A stretch of 64,000 nt of DNA. It comes from an uncultured Bacteroidota bacterium (GTDB taxonomy: Bacteria; Bacteroidota; Bacteroidia; AKYH767-A; 2013-40CM-41-45). The stretch lies in assembly GCA_937871435.1 (NCBI GenBank), contig CALMQM010000103.1:28574-92573 (forward strand). The letters run 5' to 3'. Of this stretch, positions 19,522-29,136 are shown piece by piece. Made by a program: the position numbers and the translations under genes. The notes beneath the pieces were generated by a model that was not told the DNA's origin, made no database searches, and saw nothing but the letters and a program-made list of their open reading frames with translations. Within the stretch, counting starts at the first letter, position 1, and each line of letters begins with the position of its first letter.

Positions 19522-19552
19522 TTGTCACGTACCATTCTAAGCTGTATCTTTG
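19522..19552 (+). promoter_or_regulatory. putative sigma-A promoter of miaB (TTG-N20-TATCTTTG)
   Basis: TATCTTTGCA at 19545-19554 and TTG at 19522-19524, lying 19 nt upstream of the ATG at 19572. Confidence 0.4.
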
Positions 19553-19571
19553 CATTCCCCAAAAAGAAAGC

Positions 19572-21068
19572 ATGGAAAGCGATAACAACAGAGTAATTGA
19601 TGAATCAAGGCAGGGTGAAGTGCTGTTGATGGAAAAGAGTCCTGGTTTCGGCAAGAAGCTCTATCTGGAGAGTTATGGATGTGCCATGAATTTTTCAGAC
19701 AGTGAAATCATTGCATCCATCATGTCCGGTATCGGCTTTGAGACAACAGCCACAACTGATGATGCCGATGTAATTTTCCTGAACACCTGTGCGATCCGTG
19801 ACAATGCTGAACAGCGAATTTGGGCACGCCTGAAAGATTTTCGTCAGAAGAAAAGAAAGAATCCGGATCTGATTGTTGGCGTTTTGGGATGCATGGCGGA
19901 GCGGATCAAGACAGAATTACTGGAAAAAGAAAAACTGGTAGATATTGTTGTGGGCCCTGACTCTTACCGCGATCTTCCGAATCTCGTAAAAGCAGCAGGC
20001 TCCGGACAAAAAGCCGTGAACACACTTCTCTCAAGAGAAGAAACCTATGCAGAAATCAGTCCGGTGCGATTGGGTTCTAATGGTATCACTGCTTTTATTT
20101 CTATTACCAGAGGATGCGACAACATGTGCGCATTTTGTGTTGTACCGTTTACCCGCGGTCGGGAGCGTAGCAGAGATCCGGAGAGTATCGTAAAAGAAGC
20201 TGCAGAATTATTCGATCAAGGTTACCGTGAGGTAACACTCCTCGGACAGAATGTAGATTCATATTTGTGGTGGGGCGGTGGTCCGAAAAAAGATCTTCCG
20301 GATGAAACAGCGCATGCGGCTCTTTCACACAGTTTGCCGGAAGAGCAGCAACAACAGTTCACCACTTTTGCGGACCTGCTTGACAAAGTTGCGCGTGTGA
20401 ACACTAAACTACGCATTCGTTTTTCCACATCTAATCCGCGCGACATGACAGATGCAGTGTTGCATGTGATGGCGCGTCACGAGAATATTGCGAAATACAT
20501 TCACCTGCCGATTCAAAGTGGCAGTACAATGATTCTTGACAAGATGAACCGTGGTTACACCCGGCAACAATACATGGATCGAATTGAATCCATCCGAAAT
20601 ATTTTACCCGGATGCAGCCTTTCTACAGATATCATCACAGGATATTGCGGAGAAACAGAAGAAGATCATGCCGAGACTTTGAGTATCATGGAATGGTCTG
20701 GTTATGATTACGCGTACATGTTTAAATATTCCGAACGCCCGGGGACATTGGCTGCAAGAAAGTATACTGATGATATTCCGGAAGAAATAAAGAGTCGGCG
20801 TTTATCGGAGATCATCAATATGCAATCGAAACTTTCGTTGGAAAGCAACAAGAAAGATCTTGGAAAATTGGTAGAAGTATTGGTTGAATCCACGTCCAAA
20901 CGTTCCGAAGATTTTTTATCAGGAAGAAGCAGTCAGGCGAAAGTAGTTGTGTTCCCCCGCAAACATTTCAAACCCGGCGACTATGTGAATGTGCGCATCA
21001 CCGACTGCACTGCCGGTACACTCATCGGTGAAGCAGAAATGGATTCGGCTGCAGATATTAATTCATAG
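19572..21068 (+). CDS. miaB: tRNA-2-methylthio-N6-dimethylallyladenosine synthase
   Basis: MTTase N-terminal motif KLYLESYGCAMN, a radical-SAM CxxxCxxC (CDNMCAFC) and a TRAM domain. The start was trimmed from the ORF-track 19503 to the ATG at 19572. Confidence 0.8.
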   Translation: MESDNNRVIDESRQGEVLLMEKSPGFGKKLYLESYGCAMNFSDSEIIASIMSGIGFETTATTDDADVIFLNTCAIRDNAEQRIWARLKDFRQKKRKNPDLIVGVLGCMAERIKTELLEKEKLVDIVVGPDSYRDLPNLVKAAGSGQKAVNTLLSREETYAEISPVRLGSNGITAFISITRGCDNMCAFCVVPFTRGRERSRDPESIVKEAAELFDQGYREVTLLGQNVDSYLWWGGGPKKDLPDETAHAALSHSLPEEQQQQFTTFADLLDKVARVNTKLRIRFSTSNPRDMTDAVLHVMARHENIAKYIHLPIQSGSTMILDKMNRGYTRQQYMDRIESIRNILPGCSLSTDIITGYCGETEEDHAETLSIMEWSGYDYAYMFKYSERPGTLAARKYTDDIPEEIKSRRLSEIINMQSKLSLESNKKDLGKLVEVLVESTSKRSEDFLSGRSSQAKVVVFPRKHFKPGDYVNVRITDCTAGTLIGEAEMDSAADINS

Positions 21069-21072
21069 CATC

Positions 21073-22317
21073 ATGACGATCAACGAAATTAAAGCGCGAT
21101 TTGGTATCATCGGCAATTCTCCGTTGCTGGAACATGCTATCAATGTAGCCAGACAAGTTGCTTCAACAGATGTTTCCATTCTGATCTTTGGAGAAAGCGG
21201 TGTGGGTAAGGAAGTATTTCCTCAAATCATCCATCAGCTGAGCGCGAGAAAACATGGAACATATATCGCTGTAAACTGTGGAGCAATTCCGGAAGGAACT
21301 ATTGATTCAGAATTATTCGGACACGAAAAGGGATCATTTACCGGAGCGCATGAAGCACGAAAAGGATATTTTGAAGTAGCCAATGGCGGTACCATTTTTC
21401 TTGATGAAGTAGGAGAATTGCCATTGAACACTCAGGTTCGATTGCTAAGAGTACTTGAGTCAGGAGAGTTTATTAAAGTCGGCTCTTCCAAATCTCAAAA
21501 AACAAATGTGCGTGTTGTTGGAGCAACAAACGTTGATCTTGCGCAGGCAATTGAACATGGAAAGTTCCGTGAAGATTTATACTACCGGTTGAATACTGTT
21601 CCGATCCGTGTCCCTCCACTTCGCGACAGAAAGGAAGACATCTTGTTGTTGTTCCGAAAATTCGCTCATGATTTCGCCGAGAGATACCGTGTACCGGCTC
21701 TGAGTCTGCAACCCGATGCACAAAAATTACTTGTTGAATACAGATGGCCGGGAAATATCCGTCAGTTGAAAAACCTGTCGGAGCAAATGTCTATCCTGGA
21801 GAAGAATCGTGAAATCAGTGCAGACACCTTACTCACTTACTTACCTCCTGCTCCACTGAGTAATCTGCCTGTGCTGTTGCGTGATGAAGCAAAAAACGGA
21901 CAGGAATTTTCTGAAAGAGAACTGTTGTACAAAGTGTTGTTTGAAATGAAGAAGGATATGAACGACATGAAATCACTTATTGGTGAAATCATGAAAGGAG
22001 CAGGAAACGATCCTTCATGGAAAGAAAGAAATGCTCACCTGATTAACACCATTCACACAGAACCTTCCTCGACTATCTTTCCAACATCCAATCCGAATGT
22101 AACCATTCAACCAAGCAGTATTCAATCCAATGTAACGGTGTCGCCGATTGAACAACACACAGAAGTGGAAGAATCATTGTCGCTTGAAGACAAGGAGAGA
22201 GAATTTATCCAAAAAGCATTGACCAAACACAAAGGCCGTAGAAAAATGGCAGCAAAAGAACTCGGTATTTCCGAACGGACTTTGTACAGGAAGATGAATG
22301 AGTATAATTTGCATTGA
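21073..22317 (+). CDS. sigma-54-dependent transcriptional activator (AAA+ plus HTH, no N-terminal sensor/receiver domain)
   Basis: Walker A GESGVGKEVF, the GAFTGA variant GSFTGA, the ESELFGHEKG sigma-54 interaction region and a C-terminal Fis-type HTH (ERTLYRKMNEYNL). The protein begins directly with the AAA+ module. Confidence 0.75.
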   Translation: MTINEIKARFGIIGNSPLLEHAINVARQVASTDVSILIFGESGVGKEVFPQIIHQLSARKHGTYIAVNCGAIPEGTIDSELFGHEKGSFTGAHEARKGYFEVANGGTIFLDEVGELPLNTQVRLLRVLESGEFIKVGSSKSQKTNVRVVGATNVDLAQAIEHGKFREDLYYRLNTVPIRVPPLRDRKEDILLLFRKFAHDFAERYRVPALSLQPDAQKLLVEYRWPGNIRQLKNLSEQMSILEKNREISADTLLTYLPPAPLSNLPVLLRDEAKNGQEFSERELLYKVLFEMKKDMNDMKSLIGEIMKGAGNDPSWKERNAHLINTIHTEPSSTIFPTSNPNVTIQPSSIQSNVTVSPIEQHTEVEESLSLEDKEREFIQKALTKHKGRRKMAAKELGISERTLYRKMNEYNLH

Positions 22318-22470
22318 GCTTTGGTTCCAGGTTCCGGGTTTCGGGTTTCGGGTTTCGGGTTTCGGGTTTCGGGTTTTTGGTTTTCCAGCCAACCAACAAC
22401 CAAAAACCCTCAACCAAAAACCAACAACCACAAACCAACAACCAACAACCAGTTTCTTGTTCCCGCTTAA
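22318..22470. repeat. heptanucleotide simple repeats (GGGTTTC)x6 followed by (CAACCAA)-type units, together forming an imperfect palindrome
   Basis: The tract starts 1 nt after the TGA of the sigma-54 activator. The ORFs on both strands across it are low-complexity artefacts. Confidence 0.8.
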
Positions 22471-22513
22471 AAATAAAATAAGTCACTCTTCACCATTCAC
22501 CACTAATAGTTTG

Positions 22514-23014
22514 ATGAAAAAAAGTTTGATCATACTTCTCTTGTTTGCGGGGTTTACATCATGCAAGGTGAATTATTCACTGAGTGGTGCATCCATTTCG
22601 CCGGATGTAAAAACTCTTACGGTGAAGTTTTTTCAGAAGACAGCTGCTCTCGGTCCGGCTTCATTGAGTCAGACTTTTACAGAAGCATTAAAAGACAAGT
22701 TTATTTCACAAACAAATCTTAGTATTGTAGACCGGGAAGGAGATCTTACGTTCGAAGGAAGTATTTCCAACTATACAATTCAGCCATTGGCAATTCAGGC
22801 TAATGAAACCGCCGCGAAAAACCGTTTGAGTATTACAGTGAATGTAAAATTCACCAATATCAAGGATGAAAAACAGAATTTCGAAACAGGATTTACCCGC
22901 TATGCGGATTTCGAAAGTTCGCAGAATATTTCCTCTGTTGAAGATCAGCTGATCAAAGAAATTGACGACCAGTTGGTTGATGATATATTTAACAAAGCAG
23001 TGATAAACTGGTAA
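22514..23014 (+). CDS. LptE-like lipoprotein (putative LPS-assembly lipoprotein)
   Basis: Lipobox FAGFTSCK in a 166-aa protein. The position after miaB and the sigma-54 activator is as conserved in Bacteroidetes. The family assignment is by recollection and not certain. Confidence 0.4.
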   Translation: MKKSLIILLLFAGFTSCKVNYSLSGASISPDVKTLTVKFFQKTAALGPASLSQTFTEALKDKFISQTNLSIVDREGDLTFEGSISNYTIQPLAIQANETAAKNRLSITVNVKFTNIKDEKQNFETGFTRYADFESSQNISSVEDQLIKEIDDQLVDDIFNKAVINW

Positions 23015-24511
23015 ATGGATCAACGTTTGTTCAAAGGATTAATGGACAGCAAACAGCTGGTTGGTAAAGAAGTACTTACTTCTTTGCAGGAACTCAGCAG
23101 GGAATATCCCTATTTTCAATCTGCCCACTTTCTTCTTGCAAAAGCATATCACGATCAGGAACATGTTCGTTACGACAAGCAATTGAAGATTGCCGCTTTG
23201 TATGCAGGTGACAGAAAAATTCTGTATGATCATTTGCATGATAAAACTTTTGTTTCCGGCAAATTCTTCAATCAAAATCAGGAAGCGGATTCCCCTTTTA
23301 TTCTGGATTCTGGTTCAACTATGATTGATGAAAATAAAAGAGAATCTGTTGCTGAAAGTGATGCCGAGGTTCATCCCTTCATCGAATCCCAGAATTACAA
23401 CACAGTGGATTTAGTCGAGAAGAGTCCTGAAGTTGAACAAATTGTTGCTAAAACTTCTGACACTTCAGCGGAAATTAAAAAGGAAATTACTTTTTCTACA
23501 GGATACACAGAAGCAATTGACATTGATTCCGAATCTTCATTTCCGGAACCTGAAAAGAAACTTGATCCAAGAGAAATAATAAAAAGAAGACTGGCCGAAA
23601 TACTAAGCCGATCACCAGAAGAAAATCCGGTTGATACCACTGCTTCTTTGGCACCTGAAATTCCAACAAGCGTTTCAATAGCGACTGAACAAAAAAATTC
23701 TGAATCTCCAATCAAACAGATACAGGAAGAAATTCCGGTTGCAGTTCATTCTATCGAGAAACAAAATGAGGAGACGGATCATGGTCTTGCTTTGGAATAT
23801 ACTGAAAAGAAAGAAGATCATTTTGTCAGAGAAGATCTCACGGCTGAGTTGAACAAACCACTTGACAATATCGAGAAGTCGGAATTGGAACATGCTCTCG
23901 AAGAAACCTTATTGCATTCATTGGAGCAGCTTCCGGTTATTGAAAAAGATAAATCCATCCCTACTCCTGTTGTTGCTGCCAATGTTGGTATGGATATTCA
24001 ACCGGAGAGTTCCAAGCGTTCATTCACTGATTGGCTGAAGCTGAAACGAACAACAAATTTTGGTTTTACGGAGGAAGTCCATGCTTATGATGGTCCTGAT
24101 TCAATCGAGAATTCAGAACCGACACAGTTGGAACAAATCCGGTCCGAACAATTTGCCGGAATCGAACAGAATATAGAATCCACTGATTCTAAAAACATTG
24201 AAAAAACAGCAGGCAACTCCGATTCAAGTGCCGCATTGATTGACAAATTCATCGCAACTGAGCCCAGGATTATCCCGTCTAAAGCAGAGTTTTTCTCTCC
24301 TGCCAGTCAGGCCAAAAAGAGTGTTGCAGAGCACGAAGATCTTGTTTCTGAAACACTTGCAAGAATCTATTTCCAACAAGGAAATCACCAAAAGGCGCGT
24401 TGGTGCTATGAAAAATTAAGCTTGCTTCATCCCGAAAAAAGCAGTTACTTTGCCGCCCTTGTCAGAGAAATCGACGAGCAACTCAATAATCTGAATAAAG
24501 AAGACCTGTAA
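23015..24511 (+). CDS. hypothetical protein with TPR-like termini and an acidic low-complexity centre
   Basis: 498 aa. TPR-like helices at both ends (AHFLLAKAYHDQEH..., ARIYFQQGNHQKARWCYEKL) flank a Glu/Ser-rich middle. The reading frame abuts secG. Confidence 0.45.
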   Translation: MDQRLFKGLMDSKQLVGKEVLTSLQELSREYPYFQSAHFLLAKAYHDQEHVRYDKQLKIAALYAGDRKILYDHLHDKTFVSGKFFNQNQEADSPFILDSGSTMIDENKRESVAESDAEVHPFIESQNYNTVDLVEKSPEVEQIVAKTSDTSAEIKKEITFSTGYTEAIDIDSESSFPEPEKKLDPREIIKRRLAEILSRSPEENPVDTTASLAPEIPTSVSIATEQKNSESPIKQIQEEIPVAVHSIEKQNEETDHGLALEYTEKKEDHFVREDLTAELNKPLDNIEKSELEHALEETLLHSLEQLPVIEKDKSIPTPVVAANVGMDIQPESSKRSFTDWLKLKRTTNFGFTEEVHAYDGPDSIENSEPTQLEQIRSEQFAGIEQNIESTDSKNIEKTAGNSDSSAALIDKFIATEPRIIPSKAEFFSPASQAKKSVAEHEDLVSETLARIYFQQGNHQKARWCYEKLSLLHPEKSSYFAALVREIDEQLNNLNKEDL

Positions 24512-24885
24512 TGTATACTGTAATTACTGTATTGATCATTTTAGCTTGTGTACTCCTTGTATTGGTGGTACTTGTACAAAATCCAAAAGGAGGCGGTATA
24601 GCATCCGGTATTATTGGCTCCAACCAATTGATGGGGGTGAAGAAAACCAGCGATTTTGTTGAAAAACTGACCTGGGGGCTTGCCTTATCCCTTGTGATAT
24701 TGTGTTTGGTGGCTAGTTTTTCCTTGCCGAATAAAGATCAACGAACAGTAGGTTCTTCTATGCAAGAGCAGATTGATGCCGGATCAACTCCTACCAAGGC
24801 TCCGGCAACATTGCCTCCGGCGCAGCAACAACCCGCACAACAACAGCCGGCTCAGCAGCAACCCGCGCAGCCGCAGCAGAAATAA
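24511..24885 (+). CDS. secG: preprotein translocase subunit SecG with a Gln/Pro-rich C-terminal tail
   Basis: Two transmembrane helices separated by a basic loop (VLVVLVQNPKGGG...) in a 124-aa protein. The tail is PAQQQPAQQQPAQQQ. Confidence 0.65.
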   Translation: MYTVITVLIILACVLLVLVVLVQNPKGGGIASGIIGSNQLMGVKKTSDFVEKLTWGLALSLVILCLVASFSLPNKDQRTVGSSMQEQIDAGSTPTKAPATLPPAQQQPAQQQPAQQQPAQPQQK

Positions 24886-24896
24886 TTTTCAATCCT

Positions 24897-24926
24897 GAAA
24901 AGCCCCTCCGCAAGAGGGGCTTTTCT
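24897..24926 (+). terminator. rho-independent terminator after secG
   Basis: Hairpin AAGCCCCTC-cgcaa-GAGGGGCTT followed by TTTCTT. Confidence 0.7.
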
Positions 24927-25155
24927 TATCTCCTATCCCTGAATTCAGAGAATATTTACTATTGAAGGAAGACAGAAAATCAGCTGAAAATGTCACGGTG
25001 TCACCTGAAAACTGACACTATTTTCAATCGGGGCGGAGAAAAGGAAATCTTGTCAGAATGCCCGCAAAACCGCGCTGCTGGCATCATTTCTGACCGTCGC
25101 GAAGCGAATCCAAATTCATCAGATCTTTTATTAACTAAATTTAAAAACATACAAA

Positions 25156-25434
25156 ATGGCTAAAGTAGCATTGAAACCGTTAGCAGACCGCGTGCTTGTT
25201 GAAGCTGCGCCTGCAGAAGAAAAAACAGCAGGAGGAATTATCATTCCGGATACTGCAAAGGAAAAACCACAGCGCGGCAAAGTAATCGCGGTAGGTACAG
25301 GTAAAAAGGATGAGCCCCTGACAGTAAAAGTTGGTGATTCTGTTCTTTACGGAAAATATGCCGGTACTGAAATTAACATCGAAGGCCGCGAATATCTTAT
25401 CATGCGCGAATCAGACATTTTCGCAGTACTGTAA
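25156..25434 (+). CDS. groES: co-chaperonin GroES
   Basis: 92 aa, with the characteristic [10 protein letters not shown]...GGIIIPD sequence. Confidence 0.9.
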   Translation: MAKVALKPLADRVLVEAAPAEEKTAGGIIIPDTAKEKPQRGKVIAVGTGKKDEPLTVKVGDSVLYGKYAGTEINIEGREYLIMRESDIFAVL

Positions 25435-25492
25435 ATCAAATCATTTTACAGAATTTACCCCTGAATCCGATTCTGTTTATTTAAAAAATTAA

Positions 25493-27145
<1,653 letters not shown>

Positions 27146-27170
27146 AAATTCCATTACCCCGTGAATTTCA

Positions 27171-27201
27171 GAGGCTGTCCGATGGACAGCCTCTTTTTTT
27201 T
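27171..27201 (+). terminator. rho-independent terminator after groEL
   Basis: Hairpin GAGGCTGTCC-gat-GGACAGCCTC followed by T8. Confidence 0.8.
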
Positions 27202-27221
27202 GAGAAAATTATATTTGTACT

Positions 27222-28043
27222 TTGAGAACGAATACCATGCGGCGGATCAACTTCCTCATTTTTATTTTAGTCTTCTTGCGCATTTCTTCAGCGCAGGGCC
27301 AGGGCTCCTTCCCGGGGATTTATCAGGGCGTGATGAAAGGAGAAAGTATTCATATTGTTATTGAGGAGGTAAGTGGTTCTTCCATCAAAGGAAGACTGAC
27401 GGATGAATCCGGCACTTTCGTACTGGAAGGCTCTATCAACGGAAATGAAATTCAGAGTGCGCGGGTGCACAGGAAATTTCATGATCAGAATTTCAGGGGA
27501 AGATTCCTGAGTGATCGTTTGACTATCAGTTTTGACCAATTGGATCTGAATACCGCCGACAGGAAACCAATATCTGTTGACTTTTACAAACAGGAAATTA
27601 TTGAACCGGTAGACAGTTCTCTCATTATTGTTTCTGACACGGTAAATAAACCGAAAGCAGAAGGATATGATGTTGTCAAACATAAACTGGATCAAAGGCT
27701 TTTCGGAAGCTGGCAATATTTTGCGAAAGATGACACACGAAAAGCTCCATTGAGTCAGAGGCAGGTGCTCACAGTTTATGCTTTTTATAAAGATGGAGAT
27801 TGTGGTACTGCAACCGGACATCCATTTTTACCGGGCAAAGATTCAATGCCGGAGGAAAAATTGATTATCCGACGCGACAAACACACATCCTGGTATACAT
27901 CAGATGATATCTTGTATTTTGTTGAAAAATCTCCTCAGGAAAAAGTCATTTACAAAGTGAAATATAAATTAGATAAAGGCAAACTGTATTTTATCAATCC
28001 GAACAAGTCGGTGATTACATTGACGAAGTATGCTGATGACTAA
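27222..28043 (+). CDS. hypothetical secreted protein
   Basis: 273-aa ORF with a signal peptide (RRINFLIFILVFLRISSAQG). No family recognised. Confidence 0.45.
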   Translation: MRTNTMRRINFLIFILVFLRISSAQGQGSFPGIYQGVMKGESIHIVIEEVSGSSIKGRLTDESGTFVLEGSINGNEIQSARVHRKFHDQNFRGRFLSDRLTISFDQLDLNTADRKPISVDFYKQEIIEPVDSSLIIVSDTVNKPKAEGYDVVKHKLDQRLFGSWQYFAKDDTRKAPLSQRQVLTVYAFYKDGDCGTATGHPFLPGKDSMPEEKLIIRRDKHTSWYTSDDILYFVEKSPQEKVIYKVKYKLDKGKLYFINPNKSVITLTKYADD

Positions 28044-28202
28044 ATCCGGAATTAATTGATCATTTTCTGATCGTCAAATTTTTCTTGAGAAAGCTTCCTT
28101 TTCAAAGACAATAAATTCTCTGAATAGTACCTGAAAAGCAATTATTTCACTCAAAAAAATCTAAGGTTTGATGAATATCTTTAGGGCAGGATAATAAACG
28201 AG

Positions 28203-28925
28203 ATGATTTTTTCAAAAATAAACCTTCAATCGGAGCTTACGCGTGAACGAAGTAAACAACAACGTTTACTGAATGAAATTTATGATATCCTGGAAGACGC
28301 GAAATCTACGGATGAAGAAATTCTTGACAGACTTCAATCAACTTCCGCGGAAAAACATCTTGGTATTCGAATTTCGGAAAAGGATAAGGACAGAATATTT
28401 TCGATTGAAGAAATAAAAACGATTTGCATCCGATACCGACTTCGCTTTCTGGATTCACATTATTTTCGATCTGAATATCCTTATGAAGCTTTAGTTCAGA
28501 TTAAACAATTTGAAAAAGATTACAGATTGAAAATCGGCCAGTTTAAAATCATCGCGCCGGATCATACATTCAATTTAGAAAATATCAACAAAGACCCTTT
28601 GTTGTTTGCACAACTAAATGATCAAACGTTTTATCTTATCCATCAATGGGGCGAAGATCTTGCCTGGTACAAAAGAATTGTATTGTGGCCTTTACAAAAT
28701 TTCCGGACTTACCTTATTTCACTTTTTCTAATTGCTACAGCTTTCGCATGTATTCTCCCCTCTTCTATCATGAACATCTGGGGTATTCAAAGTGAATTTT
28801 ATCTGAGAGCCTGGCTTACTCTCCACACTTTCATCGGAATTTTTGGACTCAGCCTCTGGATAGGAATTTCATTCGACAAAAGCTTTAGTTCAATGAGTTG
28901 GAATAGCAGGTATTTTAATTATTGA
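28203..28925 (+). CDS. hypothetical membrane protein (soluble N-domain plus two C-terminal transmembrane helices)
   Basis: 240-aa ORF whose C-terminus (LISLFLIATAFACILPSSI..., LHTFIGIFGLSLWIGISF) is hydrophobic. Confidence 0.4.
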   Translation: MIFSKINLQSELTRERSKQQRLLNEIYDILEDAKSTDEEILDRLQSTSAEKHLGIRISEKDKDRIFSIEEIKTICIRYRLRFLDSHYFRSEYPYEALVQIKQFEKDYRLKIGQFKIIAPDHTFNLENINKDPLLFAQLNDQTFYLIHQWGEDLAWYKRIVLWPLQNFRTYLISLFLIATAFACILPSSIMNIWGIQSEFYLRAWLTLHTFIGIFGLSLWIGISFDKSFSSMSWNSRYFNY

Positions 28926-28934
28926 TACTTTATG

Positions 28935-29100
28935 AAGGGACGAGGGACGGGAAAGAGTGACGAGGGACGGGAAAGAGTGACGAGGGACATGTAAGAGTGA
29001 CGAGGGACGGGAAATGGGGACGGGGGACGGGAAAGAGTGACAAAGGACAAGAAAGAGTTACGAGGGACGGGAAATGGGGACGAAGGAGGTGAAGGAGGAA
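28935..29100. repeat. about 8 tandem copies of a 20-nt minisatellite (GTGACGAGGGACGGGAAAGA), related to and inverted relative to the array at 7325-7520
   Basis: Contiguous 20-nt units rich in GAGGGAC/GGGA. The array lies between the convergent ends of the 240-aa gene (+) and GH92 (-). The minus-strand ORF 28930-29136 across it was rejected. Confidence 0.85.
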
Positions 29101-29136
29101 ACAGGCAACATCAACCCGAAACACGAAACCCATCAA

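Noticed and set aside
22122-22486. Minus-strand ORFs encoding KPETRNPKPETRNP-type peptides, and the N-terminal extension of ORF 22298-23014.
   Set aside because: They are generated by the (GGGTTTC)n/(CAACCAA)n simple repeats. The real lipoprotein starts at the ATG at 22514 with a lipobox.
24940-25155. CIRCE/HrcA operator upstream of groES.
   Set aside because: No TTAGCACTC-N9-GAGTGCTAA inverted repeat is present.
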